Positions 54,017-64,000 of a DNA stretch of 64,000 bases are shown in pieces. A program made the translations under genes and the position numbers. The stretch's first letter is position 1, and each line of letters starts with the position of its first letter. Under the pieces are notes generated by a model. That model did no database searches and was not told the DNA's origin. It saw only the letters and a list, made by a program, of their open reading frames with translations. The stretch comes from Spirochaetia bacterium (lineage in GTDB: Bacteria; Spirochaetota; Spirochaetia; DSM-16054; Sediminispirochaetaceae): NCBI GenBank assembly GCA_034520965.1, contig JAXHMY010000003.1:32001-96000 (forward strand), read 5' to 3'.

Positions 54017-55117
54017 TCATATAAGCACGGTCAAACTGAACAGAGCGTCCAGGACAATCACCGTAATAATCGAATACACTACCGCCATTGTAGTAGCTCG
54101 GCCAACCTCTTCCGCCCCGCCGGAGACTGAAAATCCGAAGTGACTGCCTATTACTACAATCACCCACCCAAAAAAGACACTCTTGGTCAGGCTCTTTATA
54201 ATGTCGGTAACCCCAACCGCGCTGGAGGCTCTGGCGATAAAAATTTCCGGGGCAATGTCCAGGCTGCTTGCCCCTACCAGCATTCCACCGCCGATTCCCA
54301 GATATATGGAAAAGGCTACCAATAAAGGTATAGTCAAGGTAATTGCTATAAACTTTGGTACCACCACATAACGAATCGGGTCGATTCCCATTACCTGCAG
54401 AGCCTCGATCTCTTCCGAGACTTTCATTGTTGCCAGCTCCGAGGCAATGGCGGAGCCGCTGCGGCCCGCAATCATGATGGCGGTCATCATAGGTCCCATT
54501 TCGCTCACCATGGATATCGCCATAAGGTTTGCAACGTAGACATTGGCCCCAAAGGCCTTTAACTGTATGGCCGACTGCAGCGCCAAAATAACCCCTAAAA
54601 TTATGGACAAGAGGGCTACCAGCGGCAGGGACTGTACACCGATTACCCAACACTGTTCGAGAACCGAGTTTTTTCTTCTCTGGGCGGATTTAAAGATACC
54701 CACTACCGACCAAAAGAATATTTCCGCGGTTAACACCGCCAGGCGTCCGGCTTCGGCCACCCCGTTTGTAAGCTCTTCGCCAAGCTTCTCAAAAAAAGAG
54801 GGGCTTCCCGGCAAATTCACCGGCGCAGCAGCAGGTGGGTGAATCAAAAACTCCTCGAGCAGTTTTTTTGTCTCGTCAGGGCATTCTTCATACAATACTT
54901 CCGGTTCACCCTCGCTGTTCTCGAGAATCCATTCTAAAAAAGCTATTCCGCTGGTATCGATTTGAGAAATGCCGTTTACATCCAAACTTTGAAACTTTGG
55001 AGTTCCTTTCCGGCGATAGCGTACAAACAGATTTGCAGCACTGTCTTTTGTTAAGGAACCTTCTATGTGCAAGCTCTGTCCAGTCAGCTGCGCTGTTACT
55101 ACCCCTTGTTTATCCAT
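54017..55117 (-). CDS. MlaE-like ABC permease with N-terminal STAS domain
   Basis: IDTSGIA STAS motif; EMGPMMTAIMIAGRSGSAIASELATMKVSEEI. Confidence 0.88.
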   Translation of the reverse strand: MDKQGVVTAQLTGQSLHIEGSLTKDSAANLFVRYRRKGTPKFQSLDVNGISQIDTSGIAFLEWILENSEGEPEVLYEECPDETKKLLEEFLIHPPAAAPVNLPGSPSFFEKLGEELTNGVAEAGRLAVLTAEIFFWSVVGIFKSAQRRKNSVLEQCWVIGVQSLPLVALLSIILGVILALQSAIQLKAFGANVYVANLMAISMVSEMGPMMTAIMIAGRSGSAIASELATMKVSEEIEALQVMGIDPIRYVVVPKFIAITLTIPLLVAFSIYLGIGGGMLVGASSLDIAPEIFIARASSAVGVTDIIKSLTKSVFFGWVIVVIGSHFGFSVSGGAEEVGRATTMAVVYSIITVIVLDALFSLTVLI

Positions 55118-55118
55118 G

Positions 55119-57246
55119 CTAAAAGCTCATTCTATAGATCGTTGAAAAGCGTAGATACAGCCCGTGATCGGAAGCAATATAATCTCTCCCTCCCGATGAA
55201 TTTGTGGCATTGTACAGGCTAGCCCGATAATCTAAGGTTACATTTCTGAACAATGAAAGCTGTAGATCGTGTATCCATTTTAAGTCAACCTCGGCCAAAT
55301 CTTCAAAGGGGGCATACACATCCAAGCGGGACGAATAACTTATGTTGTTTAGTGCCTGAGTGCTAAATTGCAATGCCGCCTCTAGTCCGGTTGTATAAGT
55401 ATCATCCTGTTGCTGAAAAACCACTGAATCGGAGTTCTCTTCGTCACGCTCAAAAGAGTCGCCGTAAAGGTTCTGCCGCAACCCGATACCAAAACGCAAA
55501 CTCGATTCTAGCCAGGGCTCCTCTACCAGTTTTATATTCAGTCCGCCACCCTCCTGAAAATAGATGGGAATAAACGGCTCGGTGAGTTTCACCGATTCAA
55601 CTCCGCTTTCCTTCTGCAGCTCGTTCCCGGCGGAATCCTGTTTTTCGTAGGCAAAGGGGTCTGCCTCTCTGTAATAAGCGGCGAGTATATGACTGCGCAT
55701 ATCCAGATTCAGATACAGACCGAAGTTTAACAGTACATCCATCACCAGAGTACTGCCCAGCTCTAGCGAATCGCGGGTTACTTCAAAGACCCCGGTTTCA
55801 CTGCGACTGGCTCCCAGCTCCAGCAGGTTATGCACCGATACATCAAAGCGCTCGTACTCATAGCGCAGACGGTTTTGCAAAAATCCGTTAAAATTAAAGC
55901 CCGCATTATAGCTATCGAAGCTTTCTCCGTTATCCAATGTTCCTGCGATATTGCCGGCGATACTGGATGCTAATACCCAGTTCTGTTGTTCGTCGAGGTA
56001 AAGGGGTTCCTTAATTACCCCACCGCCCACGACTTTATACCGTTCACTCCCCTCAATCTTTTCGGGTCATTATTGTGAGAATGTTCCCTTTGCCCTTTTC
56101 GACATAGACTGCTGAAAAGTCTCGGTTTGTAGTAAAGGGTTCGTTATTCAAAGTAATTTTGTACCGCCCGGTAGGAAGAATCCAGAAGTTTCTCTCCCAT
56201 TCACTCATTCCTTCAGCCGAGTAGTCAGATCCGTAGGAGTTCCCCGTCTCGGCATCAAAAATTTGATATGAAAGCTCTACAGGGCGACCATCGGGAGTGA
56301 TAATCTCAACCTGGACCCCCCCGTAGTCCGGTTCAACTATGGTCCGATACCCCGGTTTAACTACAACCGACCTCTGCAACTTGAGCTGACTAGGTCCGGA
56401 ACCATAGCGGATTGTATAGCGTCCAGGTTCCAGTTCGACCGGAGTTCCAAAGCGTCCCCACTCCGGTTCGAGTCCCTTACCAATAATGCGATACAGAGGT
56501 TGTTCACGATCGCTGAACACCCCCGGCAGCAGCAACTGCCCGCGGGCGGTATCCTGCACTTCTATACCTTCAAATTGGCTTTCCTGTAACTCTGCGAATC
56601 CTGCGGACCCCGTAGACCGTCCAAAATGCGACGATACTTCAACGGCAAATTGATTGGTATAAGCAAGTATGGCTTCATTCACAACCTGCACAAAGGAGTC
56701 CAGGTTGTTGTCGTATACCTCGATGCGCCGTTCAATCTCTGTAGTCACTACACTGCTGCCGTCCATTGTCCGTAAATCGAAACGCATATTCAACAGCGCA
56801 GTGGAGCTGCCTTCCCCGTGCAGGAATTCTATTGTGGTGACCGTTGGAATCAGCTCGTAGTCGGGCCGGCTGTAGGGAAAATCTTGTCGAATAATTCTGA
56901 ACAATTCATAGGCTTTAAGGCGAGCTGTAATAAGTTCGGACACCTTCTCTTCCAGGTCATTTGCCCACAGGTGGTTTTCCAGGTAGGATATCCGCGGTCC
57001 GAAATGGCGCATCACGATTTGGTTCCGTTTATAAGTCCTAGAAATAGAGGCGGGCTGAACCCATACACTGGCATCAATGGGCTCACTCTGAATAAGCTCG
57101 GGTTGTTCACTGTTCGGGTCGTACTGCATTGTATAGTAGTATTTTTCCTGCGGTGGAGAAGACACGCAGCCCGTCAGTCCGCTTAACAGCAGGAAGAGTA
57201 TAGTAAGAAAAACGCCGAACTCTACTAATTTTCGCACCATTATCAC
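55119..57246 (-). CDS. PqiC-like ABC auxiliary lipoprotein, probably fused to a C-terminal beta-rich domain (frameshift at ~56065)
   Basis: LTGC lipobox, KYYYTM, HLWA; removing one C joins 56053-57246 to 55119-56030. Confidence 0.6.
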
Positions 57247-57251
57247 CCGCC

Positions 57252-58304
57252 TTAGAAATCAATTAGACGTGATGGATCTTCACTGATTATCCGTGAAAAT
57301 TCATTCAGATTCTTTAAAGCTTCATTCAGAGTTTTGATTGCGTCAACTATATCCCGACTGCTTTTCAGCACCGTCATATCTATCAACTGCGAAGTTCTGT
57401 CCGTCTGTTTTAAGATGCCCTTAATTTCCGTTAAGATATTGCCGGTTTCCGCCAGCATCTGCTGAGTAGCCTCACCCTTCATCATTTCGGTAAACTCCGC
57501 TATATTTCCGGTTATTTGGTCAATTCTCTCGGGCCTCATAACTTCCCGCATATCGTCTACCATCTGTTGTGCCGATTCAGTAACTTCAACCGCGTTGTTG
57601 AGGATGGTGTCGATCTGTTCGCCCTCGATTTTTTCTCGGAGAACCTCTGCGCTGCGGCGGATGTCCGCGCCGGCACTGCGCAGATCCGAACTTATCACTT
57701 CGGTATGTGCGATTACATTGCTCAGTTTGTCTCTATTTTGTTCGATAAAGTAGTCGGTGTTCGCCAGAATATCGCTCACCGCCTGTTGATTGGCGGAACT
57801 TGCAAAACTGTTCAGGTTATTCAACAGCAGTTCCACCTTGTCGGCGATAATCTGGGCCTCTCCGGTAATATCGGCTATGGCGGAACTGCCTGTTTCGATA
57901 AAACCTCCCGGCTCCAGATCTTCTGCACGGTTGGTTCCTCCCGTCAATTCAATCTGCTTAAGCCCAGTAATACCCATCATCACCAGGTTGGCCTTCATAT
58001 CTTCCTTGATGGGAGTGTCCTTATCAACACTGATGGTCACTATCACGTGGCCGATATCTTCCGAACTCACTTCTATGCTTTTGACCTCGCCGATATTTAT
58101 GCCGTTGTATTTCACATTTCCGCCTACCTCTAATCCGTTCACCGAGGTATCTTCAAAGCGGATAAAGTAGATTTTCTTTTCTTGAAAAAGAGTCCGGCCG
58201 AAGGAAATAAAGAAAAGCGCGGCAATGAGAAAGGCGCCGATAAAAAAGAACACCCCCACTCTTACCTTTTGTTCTCGGGTTATCATACCTACTGTATAAA
58301 ACAC
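57252..58304 (-). CDS. MlaD/MCE-family protein
   Basis: SVNGLEVGGNVKYNGINIGEV, GITGLKQIEL, coiled-coil tail. Confidence 0.88.
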   Translation of the reverse strand: MFYTVGMITREQKVRVGVFFFIGAFLIAALFFISFGRTLFQEKKIYFIRFEDTSVNGLEVGGNVKYNGINIGEVKSIEVSSEDIGHVIVTISVDKDTPIKEDMKANLVMMGITGLKQIELTGGTNRAEDLEPGGFIETGSSAIADITGEAQIIADKVELLLNNLNSFASSANQQAVSDILANTDYFIEQNRDKLSNVIAHTEVISSDLRSAGADIRRSAEVLREKIEGEQIDTILNNAVEVTESAQQMVDDMREVMRPERIDQITGNIAEFTEMMKGEATQQMLAETGNILTEIKGILKQTDRTSQLIDMTVLKSSRDIVDAIKTLNEALKNLNEFSRIISEDPSRLIDF

Positions 58305-58512
58305 TTTTGGCTATGTAGCAAGAGTAAAATTGCTAATCCCACCGTTCCTCAGCCTGTGCACCGCCTGCTCAAAGGCCGGTACCATCTTGCCGGGCCTGTC
58401 CACGGTCCTTTACCAGTATATGACTTGCTTTCCATTCCATGGCTTATTGCCTCCTCTCATGAGTATCTCATAGCATTTCAACCAGCAAGGCGTTTCAAAA
58501 ATCGAGGCGGGC

Positions 58513-59085
58513 CTACACAAGCAGGTCGGATACCGTCCGTTTAGGCACATGGTGAACCTGTTTCTCGTCTCTATAATATTTTATATCATCCTTATTTGCA
58601 GCATCTTCAAGTTTCACATCTTCCACCGGTGAACCCAAGGCCATGACAAAGAGAATCTCGTATCTGTCATCCACCCCAATTACGCTAGCCCATTCCTTGC
58701 GGTTTATTGACGCAAAAATACAGCCTCCGTAGCCTTTTTCCACCGCGCTCAGCATTATTGTCTGCATCGCAATGCCCGCATCAGTCTTAGAAGCAACATC
58801 CTTCACCTCAGTATCGCGCAACACAGTCACGTAGGCCGTGGGTCGCTCTCCCTCTTCAGGACCATCCCAGTCGGTCAAATACCCGGCCCATTTCAGCAGG
58901 GGAAAAAGTTTATCCGCTTCCGCTTTTTGGGCAGTCACATGATACCGCAATGGCTGTAAATTGGCACCACTAGGACTACGGCGTGCAGCTTCAATCCACC
59001 CTTTCAGCTCCTGCTCCGGGATCTGCACGCTCTGGTCGAATCTACGGTAACTTCTGCTCTTAGTCACTAAATCAATAACTTTCAT
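58513..59085 (-). CDS. Nitroreductase-family protein
   Basis: SRSYRRF, SPSGANLQP, DAGIAMQTIML, HHVPKR. Confidence 0.88.
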   Translation of the reverse strand: MKVIDLVTKSRSYRRFDQSVQIPEQELKGWIEAARRSPSGANLQPLRYHVTAQKAEADKLFPLLKWAGYLTDWDGPEEGERPTAYVTVLRDTEVKDVASKTDAGIAMQTIMLSAVEKGYGGCIFASINRKEWASVIGVDDRYEILFVMALGSPVEDVKLEDAANKDDIKYYRDEKQVHHVPKRTVSDLLV

Positions 59086-59173
59086 ACTCGCCCTCCATTT
59101 AGCTTAATTGCTGTTTCGATAAAATACTTTAGCACACAGGCACTCTATTTCCAAGACCGAATGCGGTCATCAC

Positions 59174-59210
59174 AAAAAAAGGGGGCTGTCTGAGAGTACT
59201 CAGACAGCCC
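59174..59210 (-). terminator. Rho-independent terminator
   Basis: GGGCTGTCTGAG-N-CTCAGACAGCCC stem followed by a T run on the minus strand, downstream of 59251-60102. Confidence 0.8.
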
Positions 59211-59250
59211 TGAAAATATTCGTGAGAAAGCCAGTACGATGTAGTCTTTC

Positions 59251-60102
59251 TTACTTGGCTTCCTGCAATGCTTCTTCAGCTAAACCAAAAAGCTCTTTAA
59301 CGTGAATCGATACTCCTGAGATCGAGTCAACATGTCCATCTTCATCAAGATATTCAATCTTGCTCGGATCCTGTATCTCAAGCAGATAGGCTTCGGCCTT
59401 ATCAACCTGTTTCCACCACTGCGACTGAGCGCCGCCGTTTTCAACCATGCCGTACTTCCCCTCTTTGGAGTACTCGTACTTGTGCATATCACCCTCTTCC
59501 GGGTAAGCATTCCAGTGAGCAGCAACAATATAGCCGCCGATTACCGTCAAATCAACGTAGTCTTTCCAGCCGTGGCTGAACTCATCCAGCTCGGCATTGT
59601 AAGCTCCGTCTTCGTACATTCCGCGTCCGGAGGGGCCTTCGGCAAGTGCTTCTTCAGCAAGACCCAGAAACTCGTTGATATGAATCGAGACACCGGAAAT
59701 AGAATCTGTATATCCGTCTTCGTCATACTCGATAACAGTTGGATCCTGAGTTTCCAGCAGGGTCTCTTCTACTTTCTCCGCCTGTTCAAACCAGTATGCT
59801 TGAGCATCACCGTGCTCAACCATTCCGTACTCGCCTGCCTTTGATTGAGTTTTCTTGGAAGTACCGGCGTCTCTATGAGCACCATCCCAGGTAGCTTCCA
59901 CGATTTCTCCGTCTTCAACCTTCAGGAGTGCGATGTACTTCCAGCCGGTTTTTTCACTGAACCCGTCTTCCTGGGCAAAGTAAAAACCGTCTTCGTAGCT
60001 TGTCGGTGCTTCTGAGGGAGCAGCTTCCTGTTGCCCCTCTGCAAATGCAAATGCTGTCATCAACAGCAGCGCGATTACTGTAAAAGCAGTAATTCTTTTC
60101 AT
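59251..60102 (-). CDS. Exported protein with two FMN-binding (flavinylation) domains
   Basis: Signal peptide; internal duplication, each half YEDG.Y...GEYGM/GKYGM...W..Q...DSISGVSIH. Confidence 0.8.
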   Translation of the reverse strand: MKRITAFTVIALLLMTAFAFAEGQQEAAPSEAPTSYEDGFYFAQEDGFSEKTGWKYIALLKVEDGEIVEATWDGAHRDAGTSKKTQSKAGEYGMVEHGDAQAYWFEQAEKVEETLLETQDPTVIEYDEDGYTDSISGVSIHINEFLGLAEEALAEGPSGRGMYEDGAYNAELDEFSHGWKDYVDLTVIGGYIVAAHWNAYPEEGDMHKYEYSKEGKYGMVENGGAQSQWWKQVDKAEAYLLEIQDPSKIEYLDEDGHVDSISGVSIHVKELFGLAEEALQEAK

Positions 60103-60321
60103 AAATACCTTCCTTATTCCTTAGTTATTCGATAATATTATATAAATAGTAATATAATTATGTCAACTATATTTGATAAAAAAATATTCACAAAAAGTAA
60201 TATATTAAATTGACACAAGTTAATAAGTTTTTTATGATTATAATTGTAAGATATTATACATTTTTGAAATTGTGGCTGATTTAATGTGAATACAATAACA
60301 TAAATTAAGCAAGGAGTTTTT

Positions 60322-62301
60322 ATGTCAAAGAAAAAGATTGTTGTGCTTGGAGGCGGTTACGGGGGTATCGCTGCTACAAAGAAGCTTTACAAGAAATACA
60401 AAAAGAACCCTAACGTAGAGATTACCCTGATCGACCGTAATCCCTACCATACCCTCATGACCGAACTTCACGAGGTAGCCGGTTCGAGGGTAGAAGCGGA
60501 TTCTGTTCAGGTAAGTTTTCAGCGGATTTTCGGGGGTACGAATGTGAAGCTCATCACCGATACCATTAAAGATATCGATTTTGATAATAACACCCTAAAA
60601 TCCGATCTTCGCAGTTACAGCTACGACTATCTAGTCATAGGCGCAGGAGGCGAACCGGAGTTTTTTGATATTCCGGGGGTACAGGAAAACTCCTTCACTA
60701 TCTGGTCCTTTGACGATGCGATACGACTGCGTAATCAGATAGAGGACCGCTTCATGGAAGCAGCCCGTGAGCCTGACGAAGCTAAACGGCGGCGTATTCT
60801 TACCTTTGTTGTAGCCGGTGCCGGGTTTACCGGTGTAGAACTGGCCGGGGAGATCCTCGAACGTAAGAAGACCCTTTGCCGCGAGTATCACCTCAAAGAG
60901 CATGAGGTGCGGGTACTCATTGTAGAGGCCCTGGATACTATCCTGCCGATACTGCCGGCCAAGATGCAAAACAAGGCCGAACGCTATCTGCGTAAAAAGG
61001 GTGCCGAGATAATGACCGAGGCTCCCGTAGTCGGGGCTGAAGAGGGAACCGTAAAACTTTCAGACGACCGCAGTATTGAAACCGACACCTTTATCTGGAC
61101 ATGTGGTATTCACGGCTCGGAGTTTACCGCCCGTATACCACTTACCAAGGGACAAACCGCCAAAGGAGAGTGTTCCTACGCATCTTCCGAGGGTATTCAC
61201 GGTATGGCCGGATGCCGACTGGAAGATGAGGAACGTTATATCGTTGGGGAACGCGGCCGGATTCTGGTTGATGAAGAGATGAAGTCGGTAGACCACGCAA
61301 ATGTATACCTGGTCGGTGATATCATCTGGTACCTTGATAACGAGAAGGTAGTACCCCAAATTGTCGAAACTGCACTGCAGACCGGAGAGGTTGCAGGAGA
61401 AAATATCATTGCCGATATTGAGCAGAAGGAACCCAAGAAGTTCAAACCCAACTATCATGGTTTTATGGTCAGCATTGGCGGACGCTACGGAGTAGCCCAC
61501 GTTGTAGGAATGTCAATGTCGGGTATGTTCGCTATGGCAATGAAGCACATGATAAACCTGCACTACTTGTTCGGCATTGCCGGTGTAAATGCAGTCTGGC
61601 GCTATCTGCAGCATGAGTTTTTTACTATTAAAGAGCGCCGTTCATTTATCGGCGGACATTTAGCCGCCAAGGTACCTATTTACTGGACTGTTCCTCTGCG
61701 ACTGTTTTTAGGTGGAAAGTGGCTCTACGAAGGTATTAAGCACATCGGCGATGGTTGGCTTAACCCCGGAGACGGCGGCCTGGCCGAAGTCTGGACCGGA
61801 GCTATCAAGCTTCCTGGGGTAGTGTTTGAAGATGCAGCTTCCTCCGCCACCGGAGCTGATGCCGGATCCGCTGCTACCGGAGCCGCGGCAGAAGGAGCCG
61901 CAGAGGGTGCCGCAGAGTACGGCGAACCACTTATGGAAGCCCTTGGAATATACACCTGGTTTGCAGAGAACGTGCTCAGCGCTTCTCCATTGCTGGCCTT
62001 CCTCCTTCAATCGGCGGTGGTTCTGGGACAAGTTGCGATTGGCTTAGCCCTGATCGGTGGACTGCTTACTTTCCCCGCAGCGATTGTCTCCATCGGGTTT
62101 AGTATCATGTTTATTTTCTCCGGCTGGGGAAACCCCGAACTGCTATGGTACATTATGGTGTCCATCGTGATGTTGGGCGGTGCCGGTCGCGGATTCGGAC
62201 TGGATCACTGGGTAATGCCCTGGTTGAAACATCAGTGGAACGGCACTAAGCTGGCCCAAAAGACCCATCTTTATGATGGCGAGCCGGTAATTAAAGAGTA
62301 A
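60322..62301 (+). CDS. Type II NADH dehydrogenase with C-terminal DoxX-like membrane domain (Ndh2-like)
   Basis: VLGGGYGG, VAGAGFTGVELAGE, YLVGD; C-terminal PLRLFLG...GRGFGLDHW. Confidence 0.85.
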   Translation: MSKKKIVVLGGGYGGIAATKKLYKKYKKNPNVEITLIDRNPYHTLMTELHEVAGSRVEADSVQVSFQRIFGGTNVKLITDTIKDIDFDNNTLKSDLRSYSYDYLVIGAGGEPEFFDIPGVQENSFTIWSFDDAIRLRNQIEDRFMEAAREPDEAKRRRILTFVVAGAGFTGVELAGEILERKKTLCREYHLKEHEVRVLIVEALDTILPILPAKMQNKAERYLRKKGAEIMTEAPVVGAEEGTVKLSDDRSIETDTFIWTCGIHGSEFTARIPLTKGQTAKGECSYASSEGIHGMAGCRLEDEERYIVGERGRILVDEEMKSVDHANVYLVGDIIWYLDNEKVVPQIVETALQTGEVAGENIIADIEQKEPKKFKPNYHGFMVSIGGRYGVAHVVGMSMSGMFAMAMKHMINLHYLFGIAGVNAVWRYLQHEFFTIKERRSFIGGHLAAKVPIYWTVPLRLFLGGKWLYEGIKHIGDGWLNPGDGGLAEVWTGAIKLPGVVFEDAASSATGADAGSAATGAAAEGAAEGAAEYGEPLMEALGIYTWFAENVLSASPLLAFLLQSAVVLGQVAIGLALIGGLLTFPAAIVSIGFSIMFIFSGWGNPELLWYIMVSIVMLGGAGRGFGLDHWVMPWLKHQWNGTKLAQKTHLYDGEPVIKE

Positions 62302-62423
62302 CTCTGTACCGGCCATCTCAGCTCAGCAGCGGGTATTTCCAACTCTATATTCCTATAGCTTCTATAGTAGTATTCATATAGTGGAAATACCCGTCCTGCA
62401 GAGCTTACAATAAAGGACCCCGA

Positions 62424-63416
62424 ATGGTTGATACCCTGTATCAAGATATATCTATAAATGAAGATCTTCGACAGGTGCAGTCGATAATCCGCGCTCAACT
62501 GAACTCCAGCACACCCTTTATACAGGAGGCGCTTACCGAGTTAGTTGAAAACAACGGTAAAATGCTGCGGCCGGCTTTGCTTATACTCGCCGCGCGCTTT
62601 CCCTCTGAAGGAACCGGTTCTGGAGGTGGTTCTGTAGATAAAAGTTCAACCTACCGCTTAGCGGCCGCTGTGGAACTGCTGCATATGGCAACTCTGGTTC
62701 ATGACGACATTATCGATAAGGCGCCTACTCGACGGGGGATCCCCACATTGCATACGCGCTTCGATCCTCGAACAGCTGTGTTATTAGGCGATTTTCTATT
62801 TACCCGCAGTTTTCAAATAGCCTCGCAAGACACCGACATCGAAACCGGCCGTTATATAGCTGGTATTGTAAACTCGATCTGCGAAAGTGAAATACGACAG
62901 CACAATACTTTTACTTTTTACACCACCAGTTTCAAAGAGTATCACCGTCGAATTATGGGCAAAACCGCCGCTCTCTTTGCTCTTTCAGCCTATGTTGGTG
63001 CCCATACAAATGGTGTAGATGAACGGAACAGTAACCGACTTAAAAAAATAGGATATAATCTTGGCGCCGGCTTTCAAATAATCGATGATATCCTCGATTT
63101 TGCTGATCAATCCGAGCGTACCGGGAAAACTACCGGCACAGATATTCGAGAAGGAATTGTAAACCTTCCTTTGCTGTATGCACTTCAACAGGATGACGGC
63201 TCACTGGAAAAGCAGCTCTCCCGCCGACCGAAAAACGGTCGCCGGTTAAAGCAGATTATTACACACACCAAAGAACTGAACGGAATTGAACGAGCCCGGG
63301 CAGTTGCCCAGGCCTATACCCACAAAGCACTCTTTTCAATACAGCAACTACCCGAGGGCGAAGCTCGCGGGTCCTTAGAACAGTTTACCACTTTTCTTCT
63401 TCAACGAAATTACTAA
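62424..63416 (+). CDS. Polyprenyl (heptaprenyl-type) diphosphate synthase
   Basis: GKMLRP, LVHDDIID, RRG, KTA, FQIIDDILD. Confidence 0.9.
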   Translation: MVDTLYQDISINEDLRQVQSIIRAQLNSSTPFIQEALTELVENNGKMLRPALLILAARFPSEGTGSGGGSVDKSSTYRLAAAVELLHMATLVHDDIIDKAPTRRGIPTLHTRFDPRTAVLLGDFLFTRSFQIASQDTDIETGRYIAGIVNSICESEIRQHNTFTFYTTSFKEYHRRIMGKTAALFALSAYVGAHTNGVDERNSNRLKKIGYNLGAGFQIIDDILDFADQSERTGKTTGTDIREGIVNLPLLYALQQDDGSLEKQLSRRPKNGRRLKQIITHTKELNGIERARAVAQAYTHKALFSIQQLPEGEARGSLEQFTTFLLQRNY

Positions 63417-63426
63417 ACTGAAATTA

Positions 63427-64000
63427 CTAAACTAACCGCGATTCACTCTTGTCGCAGTTTAGTCTTCGGTTCAGAATGGCTTTAGTCTCTCCACGCTTAA
63501 AATTCTTGTCGGTAAGCTCAAAACTCGTCCGCAGTCCAGAGGTGGTAAAAACCGTATTATCTTCGGTCACTAAAATCGAGTCCACACCGGGGCGCTGTTC
63601 TGTAAACTCTAGGCCCCTTTTCAGCCCGAGGCCGAATACCAATGTTGATAAAGCATCCGCTTCGGTCGCATCGGCTGAAATAATCGATACACTGGCAAGG
63701 TCTTTTTCAATAGGAAAACCGTCTTCAGTATCGAGGATATGGTGATAACGCACTCCATCTTCCAAAAAGTAGCGCTCGTATTTCCCCGAAGTAACTACCG
63801 CCTTATCTACTAGCTCGACAACTCCTAAATAATTACCTCGAGAATCCTCAGGCGATTGAATCCCAATCTTCCATACAGACTCGTTGTGCTTCTGCCCAAA
63901 GGCATAGACATTTCCGCCTAGGTTTACAATTCCGTACTCAACACCTTGCGACTTGAGGTACTCAACCATTAGGTCGGCGGCGTATCCCTTCGCAATCGCC
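63427..64000 (-). CDS. apbE: FAD:protein FMN transferase, 5' end outside the window
   Basis: AIAKGYAAD, NLGGN, VVTSGKYERY, YHHILD, ADALST. Confidence 0.9.
   Translation of the reverse strand, partial: AIAKGYAADLMVEYLKSQGVEYGIVNLGGNVYAFGQKHNESVWKIGIQSPEDSRGNYLGVVELVDKAVVTSGKYERYFLEDGVRYHHILDTEDGFPIEKDLASVSIISADATEADALSTLVFGLGLKRGLEFTEQRPGVDSILVTEDNTVFTTSGLRTSFELTDKNFKRGETKAILNRRLNCDKSESRLV

Noticed and set aside
53994..54653. Long N-terminal extension of the ABC ATPase (472-aa ORF)
   Set aside because: It overlaps mlaE out of frame and has no protein-like features; the real start is near 53993
1..64000. tRNA or rRNA genes, or prophage structural genes
   Set aside because: None recognised by eye; a tRNAscan/Rfam run would be needed to exclude small RNAs

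Overview
Bacterial chromosomal segment, probably from a spirochaete (inferred from the lipoprotein/TPR/MCP gene styles, not proven). Its centre (~7.3-49.0 kb) is an AT-rich sedentary chromosomal integron. It has an intI integrase (47716-48998, +), a recognisable attI crossover (47556-47562), a candidate Pc promoter, and a minus-strand array of about 24 cassettes separated by 22 full ~135-bp attC repeats plus 2 half sites and 1 possible foreign site. The cassettes carry two copies of a Pycsar-type anti-phage pair (one in first position), a DUF262+HEPN pair, a TcmP + three-Cys radical-SAM-like pair, five TA modules, three Fic genes, four SAM methyltransferases, two NERD genes, a GT2, lipoproteins and an ORF-less cassette in two diverged copies. 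The array is invaded by two different IS21 elements, one IS1634, and a group II intron that itself carries a 1.5-copy IS66 in domain III. Almost every cassette is bounded by its own 9-14 bp inverted terminal repeat, and the attC sites are mosaic between cassettes. The flanks hold TPR/LuxR/GNAT genes on the left. On the right are an MCP, an Mce/Mla-type ABC transporter and a flavinylation-type electron-transfer locus (FMN-binding protein, Ndh2-DoxX-like, polyprenyl synthase, ApbE). Many single-base frameshifts, often in homopolymers, look like long-read errors, so pseudogene calls are uncertain. Family assignments come from motifs read by eye; no database searches were run.
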